This document shows positions 24,044 through 39,000 of a stretch of 64,000 nt of DNA, in pieces (the first letter of the stretch is position 1; every line of letters starts with the position of its first letter). A program made the position numbers and the translations under genes. This DNA comes from Styela clava (Eukaryota). The DNA lies in the NCBI RefSeq assembly GCF_964204865.1, contig NC_135261.1:620001-684000 (forward strand). The letters run 5' to 3'. Below the pieces are notes generated by a model that was given only the letters and a program-made list of their open reading frames with translations, made no database searches and was not told the DNA's origin.

Positions 24044-24245
24044 TTCAGGTATAGTAATGTTTCAGCTATGGAATTTCAGGCTCATAAATTTCAGTCTATA
24101 AAGACAATTTCAGCTGCTTATATTTCAGACTCTTCTTTTCAGGTACTTGTAATAACGTTGATTTGAAACACTTACTGTGACACCGGCATGCAGCAGACCG
24201 ATCCCATTGACACAGCTAACGTTATATGGCAGCAGACTAATCCAA

Positions 24246-24257
24246 TCCTCGTCGCCA
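24246..24257 (-). promoter_or_regulatory. Primer-binding site of Gypsy A (tRNA-Ser-like)
   Basis: TGGCGACGAGGA 3 nt inside the 5' LTR; complementary to the tRNA-Ser(GCU) 3' end TCCTCGTCGCCA. Confidence 0.8.
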
Positions 24258-24260
24258 AAT

Positions 24261-24500
24261 TGTAGTGTATTCTGCCTTTAGATCTTTATAAACAAGCACC
24301 AAGTTTCCATTACAACACTACTTTATTATAAGAGTCGAGCACTTCAACATTAAGACACCATAGCAGTAACAGACTAAACAGCAAGTCAGCACTTAACACG
24401 TGCACAGATAGAACAAGAATGACAGCCTCGGATATACAAGGTCAACTCAGTCTGGGTCAATAGCGTCACCTAGCGGTATTACATCATATAATATACAACA
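24261..24500 (-). repeat. Gypsy A 5' LTR (240 bp)
   Basis: Direct repeat of 14136-14373. Confidence 0.95.
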
Positions 24501-24601
24501 GGTTCGATGGTAGGAGGCCGGGGATAGGAAACCGGGACAAGGGTTGAGAGATATGGGTAGAGGGTATAGGAAGGCAGGGTGCAGGGCAATGGGTCAGGCT
24601 T
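24501..24601 (+). repeat. G-rich dispersed repeat, copy 3, right part
   Basis: GGGATAGGAAACCGGGA..GGTTGAGAG..GGGTGCAGGGCAATGGGTCAGGCTT matches the reverse complement of 123-180. Confidence 0.8.
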
Positions 24602-26745
24602 ACGAATGTAGGTTGTGGTTGTAGGCCTACCAAATTTTAAGCAAGGTTGCGAGCGCTTAATAACGTGCCAAGAGCTACTGATACTATAATATTGAATTAA
24701 TTATTGTGTAAAATTGTGCGTTAGTTGTGCAGTTTTTCTTAATTGTGCAGCCATAGTGTTATAAATTTCGTGGGCAATGCCGATCCGGGAACATTTTGGT
24801 CCTTACAAGGACAGTATGGAAACCCTTATATATATTTAACATGATAAGGACCTGGGACGAGCTAATTCTTTGATCACCGAGACGAAAACGAAGCCCAGAT
24901 GGCAATTCTTTCATCTGAGTTATGTTGTCCAGCCTAAGTTGCGTTGTCTGGTTACGTCTATACGTACGTCTGATGGACAAACCAACGAGCTCGTAGCATT
25001 CTACCCCTTGATTAGCTATTCGTATCATCAGCGCTGTAGTTGTCATGGTTACCCTACAGTCAGCGCTCGGAGTCGTTTGCTCCTAATAATACCGTGAATA
25101 CCCTGTCTCTCAAACATATGCATATACGCCACAGGCGATTCTTGTTAGTATCGGGTTTTCTACTTTTTATTCTAGTTTGATTTAATGTTAGTTTTTTTTC
25201 ATTTCGACTACTCACTCTATGATTTAATGTTAGACTTTTCTATAGGTGTTGCTGCTTGATAACCAGTACTGGTTTATCGCGTCGCCTTTCATCATGAAAT
25301 GCAATTTTTCTTCTTTTTACTTCATTTTGTATTTACAATGTGTATTTTCAGTATGGTGACAGAATAAACTGCTGATTTGTTACAAGAGAGGGAGATTAAA
25401 ACTGGGTATTTGCATTGCGATACGCAGGTATGATAAGGAAAAGTCTCTTGTGGGACGATGAAAGACATTTCAGAATATCTGCAATTTACATTGTTTTGCC
25501 AACACCGGTTGTGCTCTGATTAAAGTCCGTATACAAACGGGCACTGGTACGTAATATAGAGCAGGCCAAAATATAAGTTTGCCGAACATGAGTGAACGTA
25601 GAAATATTTTGCAATTAAATCGTGTCTTCTAGAGAGGATAAATAATGCTTGATTTAAGCCTGAGCCGGAGAAACGAGTGGATTCTATTAAGGGGTCCTTC
25701 TGATATCTGGTGGACCTGGGTCATTTTGACACCCCTCTTTAATTTTTTTAATATTTCACCAACCAAGAATGCCAAAAACATTAATGTGTCCTTAAAAAGC
25801 TTATTTTCGTCGCTTTCCACTAAAACGCGCCCAAATTACGTAGCGCAAATGTGTACGCCGTACGACGGTAAGAAAAGAAAAATTTCAAAAAATTTCGAGA
25901 AAAAGTTTCTCACTTTTAACGCTGTGGTCGACACGTGATTGATATGCGAGAAAAATAGTTCTCTTTTAGAAGAGCTATACGTCACCTTCAAGATAAAACA
26001 AGACTGGGATTTGTAAGTGAAGTGATATTCGTTTTATCGAAGAGCATTTGATCGCGTGCTGTCTGGTATCTTTGTTTGTTTATTATGAGCCGAAGAACGT
26101 TGTTGTTGCAAAATAAAAATTATACATAAAAAAATATGATGACATCACTGTAATTAAGAACACTCGGATCAAGCATGGATATTTTAAACTTAAACATTTT
26201 GAGTTTTGAAATTGGTTTTGTTCACATGCAGACCACTATGAAATACTATTGATCCCCCAAAATACATTTAATTTAGCCATAAACCCAAATTATGACACAG
26301 ATCAGCCATTTATGACCAGGCCGAAACCCTAGGGAATAACAAGAGCTCGTACGAGGTCGAGTTTGGTTGAACAGAGAGGATTTTGTGTTTCAATATGGTA
26401 ATGTGGTCGTTCGCTCTGTTTATTTATCTTTAAATGTTACATCTTTTAATGCATCTGAAAAAAAAAAAAAAAAATACAGCGCATTGTTGGCCTACGAAAG
26501 CGATGGGCAATTTCAGGCCAAGCAAAGACTTTTGTGGGTTACCCATACCTACCTCTTCGAGAAATATTTACGAAAACCGAGTCTATGCCGTAGTTTAAAT
26601 TAGCTTTAAAATAGGAAATATACAAAGAAGTTGATAAATAAGAAGCTTGTTCAAGATCAATTCTGGCTGAACGGCGATAATTTCTGTTTTTCAATATCGG
26701 AGATATCGCTTGCTTATTGGCAGTATGTTAACGTATCTCAAAATG

Positions 26746-26953
26746 TGGCACTACCGTAGTATGTGTACCAGGTTAGGGCATAATTTGATTCCTGTTCTCC
26801 CTTTTTTAGTTCTATTACGAGTTCGAGAACTGTTTGTGTAGCCAAGTGAAAATACCCCCTGCCCATAGCATTCCGTCCCTTTACACAACTTTAAGTAAAA
26901 TAGCCGAACAAAATTAGTTACCCTACATATTGGTACACAATTCTGGAGCGCCC
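26746..26953 (+). mobile_element. MITE-like dispersed repeat (second copy ~45915-46110)
   Basis: GTATGTGTACCAGGTTAGG...AAATTAGT.ACC.TA.ATATTGGTACA.A..TTCTGGAG is shared by both copies; imperfect terminal inverted repeats. Confidence 0.65.
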
Positions 26954-27149
26954 AAAATGTTACATCCACTTCATAGAAAATAGTCCGACTCATAGCTGTG
27001 TTACTTATACCAGTGATGGAATTCGCGATTTTAAGAACGGGTTCTCTTTTGTACCGAACTCGCTAACAACGATTACCTCAATAAGAGTGTTCCCAACTAA
27101 GTGTTCTCTTTCCCTACTTGTCTAATTAAGAAAAAAATGTTTTTAAATT

Positions 27150-28390
27150 TCCAATTCTCCGATTAAGCTAATTTCTTAGTTTTCTGAGAAATAAATTTGA
27201 ACTTTATCATTTTTATAATTCATCGATAACGTTTTGTAAGACAATTTTATTCACACAAAGTAGCAAATAATATTTCTGCACTGAAAGTTTACATTATTTT
27301 TCATGAATTTCATTTGTTAAGTTCAGTTCGTGAAAAATAATTTGAACTTTCATTGACAAAATATTTTGCCAAAAAATGATAAGATCCAGAAACACATCTA
27401 ACAAATAAAATATCTGTATGTTCATATTATATATCACACTAATTCACACACAAGAAAATTGAAAAACAAAAGAAATAAAATTTTTGTCATGTTTTGAGAG
27501 CCTGAGGGGGAAGGGGCATACGAAAAATAAAACTTGATTAATTCAAAGAGAAGACAATGCTGTAATTTGTTTTAATTTTGATAAATTCCTAACATTTCCT
27601 CGTATTTTGTTCTTATCCCACTGAAGTTTCAAATTATTTTTCAGCTTTTTTAACTATTGAATAACCAGGAAAATGTCTTATTTAATGGCGTGATTAAGAA
27701 CAATTCAAATAAATGGAATACGATAGCAAATATAATAAAAAAAAATCATCAATCCTTAGAATTCACACACAAGAAAAATAAAATGTTAAGAGAGCTGTGA
27801 GTAATAAAACTTGCTATTGTAAAGCAAAGACAATGCTGTAATTGATTTCAGTTTTTAAACCTAAAATACAAATTGAAAACTCGAACCCAAAGTTAAGGTA
27901 AAACAACTTGATAGTTGTAAAGGATTTCTCAACCTAATTTGATTTTCTGGGAGTTCGAGTGAAAAATGCGACATGCTCGGGGGATTACTCCTGGAAAAAT
28001 TTTGTCTTATTTGGACAATTTCAATATGACTGTTTTTTGATACCGATTCTCTGATTGAGCTGATTTCTTAGTTTTTTGGGAAATGAATTCAGTCTCTATC
28101 GTTTTTAAAATACACCGATGACGTTTTGCAAGACAATTTTATTCACACAAAGTAGCAAATAATATTTCTGCACTAAAAGTTCAAGTTATTTTCCATGAAT
28201 TTCATTTGTTAAGTTTAGTTCGTGAAAAATAATTTCAACTTTAATGGATAAAATATTTTGCCAAAAATTGATAAGATCCAGAAACACATCTAACAAACAA
28301 AATATCGGTATATACCTATTGTATATCACACTAATTAACACACAAAAAAGATATAGCAAAAGTAATGAACTTTTTTTCATGGCTTAAAGA
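27150..28390 (+). repeat. Local direct duplication of ~340 bp (27150-27500 and 28040-28390)
   Basis: Shared blocks GACAATTTTATTCACACAAAGTAGCAAATAATATTTCTGCACT and GATAAGATCCAGAAACACATCTAACAAA. Confidence 0.8.
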
Positions 28391-29049
28391 GTCGATGGGC
28401 GGCGAGTCTGGTAGGTTCAACGGAGAATTTTGCATTTACCAAAGTTTTTATCGTTAAAATTTGATTTTTTTCAGCTTTATTCAAATAAAGTTCAATGACA
28501 AATATCTGAAAACAATTTCTTCCTGTAATTTTTTAAAATTTGAATTTTACGATATTTAGACTCTAAATAGGTTACAGGTACGAAGCCGTTATTCGTATTG
28601 AACATTTTTGTAATTTAATGAAATTTCCTGGACATGTAATATATATTTGAATAAACCAAATTGCCAAAATTTTAAGATTATTTACATCAACACAGAAACA
28701 AATTGAGTTAAAATAATAAATTCAAACTTTTCTTGGACACATCTAGAAAATACAAAACAGTTTGTTTGTTAGAAATCTAACAATGAATATAATATGAGGT
28801 TTATATACCGCATGCAGAATCTATTTACTTTATATGCTTGTTCAACTGTGATACGTGGAAATAGTGAATTTGGGTGTAAATTAAGCTGAATGTATGGATA
28901 ACGAATATTCGGGAATTCAACAGCATAAGCTTGTTCAACTGTGGAAATAGTAAGTTAAAGTTTTAATAAATCTACTAGGGTGAATAACAATTAATCTCAA
29001 ACTCAAGTAATTTTACAGTTTTTGTTTATCGATCATTCAATGTACAGAG

Positions 29050-30030
29050 TTATAATTCAATTTCACAGATGACTCCGGGATATAACTGGGAAGGAGAATA
29101 ATTATAAATCCATTGATCATCCGGGTTTCGATTGACATGAACAACAACAGTTGTGTACGATGCATCGAAATGCTGACGACCATTATACCAAACCTCAGTT
29201 GGTAGAGACATAGCTTGGCCCGTCGTTGAATACAGCTGACCGCCCTGGCGATATAAAATATATTTTCAGAAATATAACAAAGTGCAGTTTGAGAATTTGG
29301 TTTAACCAGTAATCCTTGCCATATAAACTGACAAAGCAAAACAAACTTATTTCGTCTTCAGTAAAAAACTTATGAAGCGTAACGTCATCACGTGACTCTT
29401 CTCCTCAGTCACACTTCAGTGATTACCGTTGGTGGATAAGAATTGAATGAAATAGACACATAAATCAAATTAGTTTGAATTAGAATTTTCTGATTAGGTA
29501 ACAGAGCTGTAAACTTGAAGCGTTCCACTGATGTTGGAGTCAAATTTTGAATCTCCCGGAAATATTACAGGGAGACGAAAGTTTGAAGTTGAATTTTTTG
29601 ATAGAAACCGAAAAACCCTGTCAAATAAATTTTTCTAATCCTGTAGGATTTGATTTGAACTTCTCTTATCAACGGTTATATGGGTTTGGAAACAAAATGT
29701 AATAGCACGTGGTAATGCGGAAGCAATATCGGCCATAACATTTATATTTCATATTATAAACATTATTTTATAATGATTTCATGTATGATCGCATAAACAA
29801 CATGATTCAGACCCGACCTACCACGTAAGTCATTCCCGTACGAACAACAATGTAATCCGATCCATCAGGAATCATTGGTCGTAAATAATCAACAACCCGG
29901 TTGTAGTGTGTGACGTCATAAATGTTAGCAAGTTTCTTTTCGCAAATAGATTCAGCGACGCTTAATGAGACGTTCCAAGTGTCATAAACGATCGCTCGAA
30001 TACATCTTGAATTATAGACGACTCCACATT
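29050..30030 (-). CDS. C-type lectin-like domain (exons 29822-30030 and 29050-29244)
   Basis: CGVVYNSRCIRA..AESICEKKLANIYD..RTGMTYV / GGQLYSTTGQAMSLPTEVWY..PGVICEIEL*. Confidence 0.88.
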
Positions 30031-33000
30031 CTGAAACAAAAATGACATTCAAAAATGTTTGAAGTCAGATATTTATGAAACTATTATTAAGGAGAATATT
30101 TATTTCTACGTTTTAATTGAAAACTTTTATTCGTTTTATTCAGGATAATTGTCTTTTGTAGTTTTTTACAATAATATGATTGTGATCCCTCAGTAGTTTT
30201 GACCATACGTCATTTTGTTGGATTCAAGAAAGGACTCGCAAACTAACTCAGATATAAAGTGAACGTTTTTATGAGCAGATTACGTGCATCCACTGAGCTA
30301 TTAGAACTGAAGAAACATAGCAGTGAAATATGCGATTGAAAATACAGGCCGATGGGACTTGACGAATATGAGCAGGATAAATCTATAACGTACTGAATAT
30401 TAGATAAATGGAGTTCTATAAAAAACTTTTTGTCACGAAGCGAGTTCGTAGATAACCGACACGATCGCCAGTGGTAGCCGCAATTAATCAACAGTATCAG
30501 TGGTTGCCTGCACAGTTTCTTATTTTAATGTAAAAATCTTTCCAAAAATATTAGCTCGTTGCCTATCTGTAAACGTTTGTGCAGAGATTTGTTCTGAGTG
30601 AAGGGATGGTTGAAACCAATAGGCTTTCACCTATCTTTGGTTGCTCCTGTAGAGCCTTGTTCAGAGAGAATGTGTGAAAACTACCAGTCATAACAGCATC
30701 TGCTTAAATATCAGTAATTGCTTGTTCATTCAGAATGAACGTGTTTTAACGCCTAGCTCTTCACGTCGCAATATTTGTTTGTGTAGAATGTTGTTCAGGG
30801 TGAAAGCATGAAAACCGGAAGGTTCAATTCATTTCTGAGTGAGTGCGATGCCAGCAGGCCAGCGGTAATGGCTCGCGAGTCACATACGCTACGCCCCGAA
30901 TTTAGGAGAGAGCACCCGCTGAAGTTAATTTTTAAGAGTAGAAAACGAGGGCAACAGGGTGATGAGTAATGGTGAATGAACTGGAAAAAGTCTGGTGTCC
31001 AATCTGCGCGCAGGCAACAAGAATGAATACGGTGGCGATAGGGATGGATATATAGTCCCAATCGCCATTTTAAATGCCTCCCCTATACAAGGCTATTGGG
31101 CTGCCAAATGGATAGCAGGTTATGGATCGCCATTTAGATGGCCTCTTCCACACAGGGAATATAGACGGTAGTTTAGGGATGGATATATTGCCCCAATCCT
31201 AGACTTGGAGGAATTTACGAAATTACGAAATTTATTTTCGTATACCTCGGCAAATTTCAAATTGCCTAAAGTCGTAATTGTTGACTAAACGCACATAGTG
31301 TTAGAAAAGAGTCGGAAACCACCTTTTTCGTTTTTTTTGGATGACTGAAAAAGTCGCCAATAACGCGTGCCATTGCATTTTCTTTAAATCGCAGATTGTT
31401 TTCATCAGCGCGGTGTGCTACTTAAAGCCTTAAACACCTTCACGTTGATATTTATTCTCTCTAAATCACAAATTACGCGAGGACGATAATATTTACTTTT
31501 CGGTTCTCGCAAGGAATTGTGAGATTGTTGTTAAAAACAAGTCATGATATTATATTCATCGGCGAGGAGATGCTAGAGATAATAAAGAGGTGAATCCACA
31601 ACCCAAATATTTTGATTGAAAAACGGCATTGTAAAATAATAAGAGTAAAACTAAGAGAAAAGCCATAAGTTTTGTTTTAGGAGGCTTGGGACAGATCAAA
31701 AATGCTTTTTGGACATTGTCAATCGCAAATGGCTCACATTATGTTGGATTGTCTTTGACGCTAAAGCGTTTATCGGAAATTACGAATGAAAACAAGATTA
31801 TCGGACACAATGCCACACATTTTTATGACGGCGGCATTTTGAATTAGTAATCCTTTTATATTTTTAGTCAACAAAACAGCAGGTTACATTGAACACAATT
31901 AAAGCATGATATTTTAAATATGTCTGTATGTGGATTAAATGGATTGATGGGTAATGGATTAAGTACTTTGGGCAATTGTGAATTGTACTTGCGAAGTTTT
32001 TAACGCAGACCCAATCGCTATTTAAAGTACCTCTCCCATACGAGGACGTTGGTCTGCAACGTCCCCGTATGAATATATGATCCCAATCGGCATTTGAATG
32101 GCCTCCATCATACAGGGCTACTGGGCTGCCATACAGACAGCAGGCTAGAAATAGGAAATATAGAAAGAAAAAAAAAAACTACCTGGAGCGCACACTGGTG
32201 TTGTGGACCATGAACCGTCAGCTTTGCATGTTCCCGTCTGCCCCCCAGCCAAAATGTAACCATTGCTGCAAGAGTAACTGACTTCCTGACCCTGACTGTA
32301 TAATTCAAGCTCAGGAGTAATTGTTCCCTTATCAAGATTTTGCTTTACACATTGTATAGCTACAAAAAAAAAGATAAAAAAGTTCAACTTAACTTGAGGA
32401 GTATTTGGTACACTAAACCTAACGGCTTCTGTGCGCTCTCAAAACCTTGTTCAGAGAAAACATGCTCAATTTTGTGGTCACGATGGCATTGCGGTAAAAT
32501 CGTTAAACACAGCTGTGTTTCCATCTAACCTTCATGGATATATGATTTATATATGACCCTAATCGCTATTTAAATGACCTCCTGCATACATGGCTATTGG
32601 ACTGCCATATAGACAGCAGGTTAGAAACAGGGATGGTTGAATGGTCCTGATTGCTATAGTAAATAACTCACGAGTGCACACTGGTGTTGTGGACCATGAA
32701 CCGTCAGCTTTGCATGTTCCCGTCTGCCCCCCTTCCAAAGTGTAACCATTGCTGCAAGAGTAACTGACATCCTGATGCTTACTGTACAATTCCTGCTCAG
32801 GAGAAATTGTTCCCTGTTCAAGATTTCGCTTTACACATTGTATAGCTACAAAAAAAATAAAAAAGTTCAACTTAACTTGAGGAGTATTTGGTACACTAAT
32901 CCTAACAGCTCCTGTGCGCATTTAAAACCTTGTTCAGAGAAAACATGCACAATATTGTGGTAAAGATGGCCTTGCGGTAAAATCGTTGAACACAGCTGTG

Positions 33001-36000
33001 TTTCCATCTAACCCTCATGAATATATGATTTATATATGAACCAAATCGCTATTAGAATGTCCTCCCTCACACAGGGCTATTGTGCTGCCGTATGGACAGT
33101 AGGTTAAAGGATGGATATGACCCCAATAGCTATTTAAATGGCCTCCTGCATACATGGCTATTGGGCTGTCATGTGGACAGCAGGTTAGAAACGGGGGTGG
33201 TTGAATGATCCTGATTGCTATAGAAAATAACTCACGACTGCACACTGGTGATGTGGACCATGAACCGTCAGCTTTGCATGTTCCCGTCTGTTTTCCTTCC
33301 AAAGTGTAACCATAGTTGCAAGAGTAACTGACCTCCTGATCTTGACTGTATAATTCATGCTCAGGAGAAATTGTTCCCTTCTCAAGATTTCGCTTAGCAC
33401 ATGGTGTAGCTACAGAAAGAAATGATAAAAGTTTACCTCGCAGAGTATTTGTTTGTGATTCTTTTAAATTTGTAAAATATTTCGTCACTTCAATCAATGC
33501 TTCTTTTGCAAACAGCCATTGATACATTTTAAAAAATACTGGAATCTTACTTACTTACCAAAACCATAACATTCGGAAGAGTTCAAAGTTGTTATGTTGT
33601 CTAACTCTACATTCCCGGATGCGTCAAGCACAAGTTGGACCTAAATGAAATAAAAAAGATTGAAGTTTGAGCGAGGCAGAGACTAGAGCAGGAATGGGCA
33701 AGGTTTTCAGAAAAGGGGCAAAAAAATTGCAATATAAAAGCGGACCATGTAAAAGTGAAGTAAACAGTTACGTTTCATAAAATATTTGAAAAAGCAAAGT
33801 TTAAAATCAAGGAACCTCGAACCAAAACAAAATTTAATCGTAATCTTAACAATTTCTTTGAGCCATTTTTTTTTTAGCTTAAACGCCAAACTTTGATTTT
33901 AGTTTGATTGTGGCAGCATCGGGCGGGCCAGATTAAATTACCCATCGGGCTGTTTTTGGCTAGCGGCCCGTACTTTGCCCATCTGTATTTGAACGTATCG
34001 TAATTGTAAAGGGATTCTCACAGAGTCAAAAGATCTACATTTGAGGTTTATACATGCGGAGTGAAAGGTTGGTAATATGTGTTCCCTGTTTGTAAAGGAA
34101 TTCTAGAAAAACTTCAATTATGCGAAAAAATGATTATAACCCTCTGAGCGCTGATAAAGCTAGACCTGGACCTGGAGCAGAAATTTGGACATTTAGACTG
34201 GCGGGCCATGTAAGTGCGACGTAAAAAATTACATTTTATGAACAATTTCGCAATCGCATTTTTAAAAAATTCCTCAAGTTATTTTCAGCAAAAATGTCAA
34301 AATTTGGTTTAGTTTGGTTGTGGCAGGATCAGGCGGGCCAGATTGAATTTTCCAACTGGCCGAATCTGGCCCGCGGGACGTAGTTTGCCCATGTCAGAGC
34401 TAGACTACGCCCAACCAAAATTTTAAAAAGCTTTCGCGTTTTACGAATTGGGATTCACATCCCAAGCAATTCCGATTTAAATTTTCCAATTTTAAAATTC
34501 CAATTTTCCCAATTTTTGCTAAAAGATGTGTTACAAACCTCGGTATCTGTAGAGTTTACTTTCTTTAAAACGAATTTCTCTGTTTTCCAGGTAGTCGAGG
34601 CAGAAAACGGCCAGATTGCTTTCCTAAAAGTTACAAAACATATAATTGCTGCCTTTACATAGACTTCCACAAAAATCAAAATATGTTATACTCGGTTTTT
34701 TCAAGGAATCCCATTTACATGAAGTCTATTTTTCAGCTCTTTTTCCAAGCGCATCAAATTTAACTGTCTCAAGTCTCCCGCCAATCAGCATTTACCAATG
34801 TGAAATTCACCGCTATAGTTATTTATAGTTTTAGCAGATCTTCATATTACAGTGCTTGCCAGTAGTTTTGTTCCCAGATGATACTCAAAGCAAATTTTTT
34901 GGAATACTCTAAAACAGGGGCGAGCAACCTTCAATAAAAAGGGCCAAATACAAATAACTGAGTGAAGCCGCGGCCCACACTTTTATTTAACATAAGCTTT
35001 GCGTGACAACATGAAATGTTCATAGGCATAGATAATAACTTGGACCGAAATATAGGTTTTGCAACGCAAAGGGATTGGAATTACTCAAAAGTATCAGATT
35101 AAACTACAAATTAGTTTTTCATGCCGCACATTAGACAAAACTGGCACTATGCCGCGGGTCGCACAATTTTTTTTTGTGAGCCGCATTTTCCCATCAGGCG
35201 ACCGGTTGCACACCCCTGATCTAAAACACTGAATTTTCAAATTCCGTTATTGTTTTATAAAAATTATAATTGTATAGTTGCTGCCAACACAAGGCCTTCT
35301 TTGGAGTGAAAGCGGGGAATAATCCGGTAGAAAAATAAATGCAATGTTAGCTACTCACGTTACATTTCCATTGTGAGCCTTGGCCACCAGTTCTCCATCA
35401 GATGTCCCTTTTATGTCGACACTCATGCATAGTTCCTCATTGCCAGCCAAAGCCTTGGGTAAGGATCTGATTGTACCATTACCAACAAGAACATAACCTA
35501 GAATGAATTAGAATATAAAAAAATGTGTATCTGGTGTGAGAATCCGGATAAAACTTGAGCATTTTTCAACGAGCAGAGTTACAGGCACTCACTCAGAAGT
35601 AAAATTGACTCATTTGTAAGCAAAGTTACAGGCATTCACTCAGAAGTAGAGGTGATTCGTTTGTGAGCAAAGTTACAGGCACTCACTCAGAAGTAAAGGT
35701 GACTCATTTGTAAGCAAAGTTACAGGCACTCACTCAAAAAATAAGAGTGGCTCATTTGTATGCAAAGTTAGAGGCACTCACTCATGAGTAAAGGTAACTC
35801 ATTTGTGAACAAATTTACAAACACTCACTCAGAAGTAAAGGTGACTCATTTGTAAGCAAAGTTACAGGCACTCACTCAGAAAGTAAGAGTGACTCATTTG
35901 TAAGCAAAGTTACAGACACTCACTCAATAAGCATTTCATATGGAAACATTACCTGTAACGTCTTTATCTCTGTATTCTCTCTGAAATGTTCCATTAATTT

Positions 36001-39000
36001 TCGTGTAGCCGCATGTAGGGTTAGTTGAAGACTCAAAATCACATGTAAGATCGACTGAAAAATACAAAAGAACTTTTTTAGAGACAGAGCCATTCTTGTC
36101 TAAACCGAATATTATTTTACTGTGAACAGGGCTGTAAAGTCAGATCAAATTATCAATCGACATCGGGTTGAAACAATTTTAACTCTGTCTCAGCTTTTAA
36201 GTCCAGAGATAAATAAATGTCGAAATGTCAGAATGTCAATGGTTACAAGTCAAGATTATCAATAATAATTCATAAACAAGTCTAATTAGGAAAACTCGCA
36301 GAAGTTGGACTTGAGCGCAAATTTCTTTTGAATAAGAGTCAGATTTTGATTAGGAGTTAGCTAAGCTTTGAATATAAGCTTTTCGTATTCATCACACGGC
36401 AGAGGGAAGTCAATGAGACGGTTCAATCCAATCCCACCAGTGGTCTCATTACCAGTCCATTGTGGATTTATAAATAGGTAACTAGTTATTTGTTTCAGTT
36501 AATTTTTGGATGGCATAGTCAGGTGGGGGTTAGGATTGACATATGCAAAAATCGTTTTGATACACCCACTAGAACTACCTGGCGTACGAAACTACACGAG
36601 GCACCAACCACCGATCACCCTGGAGTTTGGAAAATTATCCTCGAATACACAGCGCTTTGTCAACACTTACCTACGCAAGTGGGCACCTCACCCCAGGTTC
36701 CATTTTTGTCGCATTTTCCTATATTTGATCCTTGAAGAACGTATCCAGCATTGCATGAATATTCGATAGTCTGATTAACCTCTAAGGCAGGTGCGGTCGT
36801 AGTGTCTACAGTCCCGTTGTCTGGAGCTTTAGGGGCTGGGCAGGTAAGTACTGTAACTGAACATTGAAACAGTTATAAGTTGCAGACCAAACTTTTCAAC
36901 AAATTTGCCAAATTCTGATTTCATAATTATTTCCACCTCCTTAACCTCGAATAAAAAACAAACAAACAAGGATTTAGAGCCTGGATGGTCAAAACTACAA
37001 CCCGTTACAACCTTTTGTGCGGTCGATCAGCTCTTGATTTTTTGATGATGTAATCAGGTGGGGGTCAGGAATAATGTTACGCCACACCCACCAGAAGTTA
37101 TTCAGATAAGAAACTACAAGAGACCCAGAGTATCAATGTTTTATCATTTACGGTTCAGTCACCATTAAATTCGACACTATCATAGTGAATGGGAATAGTA
37201 ATTGTGAAGTCACATATATAGAACATAAAGTCCAAAAAAAAAAATTCCACTGTGCGGAAAAAAGGGAAATTCCCCCCAATTTAGGGAAAAAAGTTTTGAA
37301 ATTGTCAATTTAACTGAGTTAAAGCGTAATTTTGGTAGGAAATAATTTTTTCTCATCCAATTCATTAATGCAATGTACTTGTTGGACATAATAAAACAGG
37401 TATCAAAATTTAAAAAAATTCCACCTTGCGGAAAGTAGGAAATATCCCCCCACTTTATCGAAGAAAACGTCAAGTTAAGTGAGTTAAAGCGTAATTAGGG
37501 TGGGAAATAAATTTTTCTCATCGAAATCATTAAAACAGTATATTTGACGGACATATACTAAACACATACTAAAATTTGAAAACCTTAAATTCCACCTTGC
37601 GGAAAGTAGGGAAATTCCCCCTATCTTAGGAATAAATTTACGAAATTGTCAATTTAACCAAGTTAACGCGTAATTTTAGTAAGAATTAATTATTTGTCAT
37701 CCAACTCATTAATACAACCGAATACAATCTCCCATACTAATACAACCAAATACATTTCCCCTCTTAATACAACCAAACATAATCCCTGTCGTAGTACAAT
37801 CAAATACCCAATTCCCATCTTAATACAACCAAACATTGTCCCATATTATTACAACCAAACAACTTTTTTCCAACTTAATACAACTAAATACAACCAAGAA
37901 CCCATTCCGATCTTAATAAAACCAAATATATTTTCTCTTCTCAATACAACCAAATATCCCTATTCCCTTCCTAATACAACTAAACATACTACTTTCTTAC
38001 TACAACCAAATACATTTTCTCTTCTCAATACAACCAAACATATCTCCTTTCTTAATACATTCAAATACCATCTCCCGTCTTAATACAACCAAATACCCTC
38101 TCCTGTCTTTGATGCAACAAAATAGCCTCTTCCGTCTTAATACATCCAAATACCATCTCCCGTCTCAATACAACCAAATACCCTCTCATGTCTTAATACA
38201 ACCAAGTATACTCCTATCTTAATATAACCAAAGACCATCTCCCTTTTTAATACAACCAAAAATCCTCCCATCTTAATACAACCTAAACCATCTCATCTTA
38301 ATACAACCAGAAACCATCAATCTTAATACAATCAAGTACCCTCCAAGATTATTACAACCGAACACCATCTCCCTTCCTAATACAACCATATTCCCATATC
38401 ATATTATTACAACCAAATGTCCCAATTTCCGTCTTAATACAACCAAACATCACTATTCCCCTATTAATGCAACCAAAAACTATCTCCCGTCTTAAAACAA
38501 CCCAATACCCTCTCTCGTCTTAATACAATCAAATACCCTCTTCTTTCTTAATACAACCAAAAACCTTCTCCCTTCTTAATACAAACAAACACCCATACCA
38601 TCTTAATACAACCAAATTCCCCAATTCCCCTATTAATACAACCAAAACTATCTCACTTCCTAATACAATCAAATACCCTCTCCTTTCTTAATACATCCAA
38701 GCATACTCCTATCTTAATATAACCAAAGACCATCTCCCTTCTTAATACAACCAAACCTACTCCCTTAATACAACCAAACAACTCCCGCCCTAATACAACC
38801 AAAAACTATCTCCCGTCTTAATACAACCAAAAATTTCCCATCTTAATACAACCAAAAATTCTCGCTTCTTAATACAACCAAAACCTCTACACATCTTAAT
38901 ACAACCAAATAACCTCTGACGTCTTAATACAACCAAACAGCCTCTCCCGTCCTAATACAATCAAAAATACTCCTATCTTAATACAACCAAACCCTGCCAA

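Noticed and set aside
24759-25370. Possible decayed LINE 3' end or small ORFs
   Set aside because: No diagnostic RT or endonuclease motifs could be identified.
37694-38083. 129-aa ORF
   Set aside because: It is the translation of the minisatellite.
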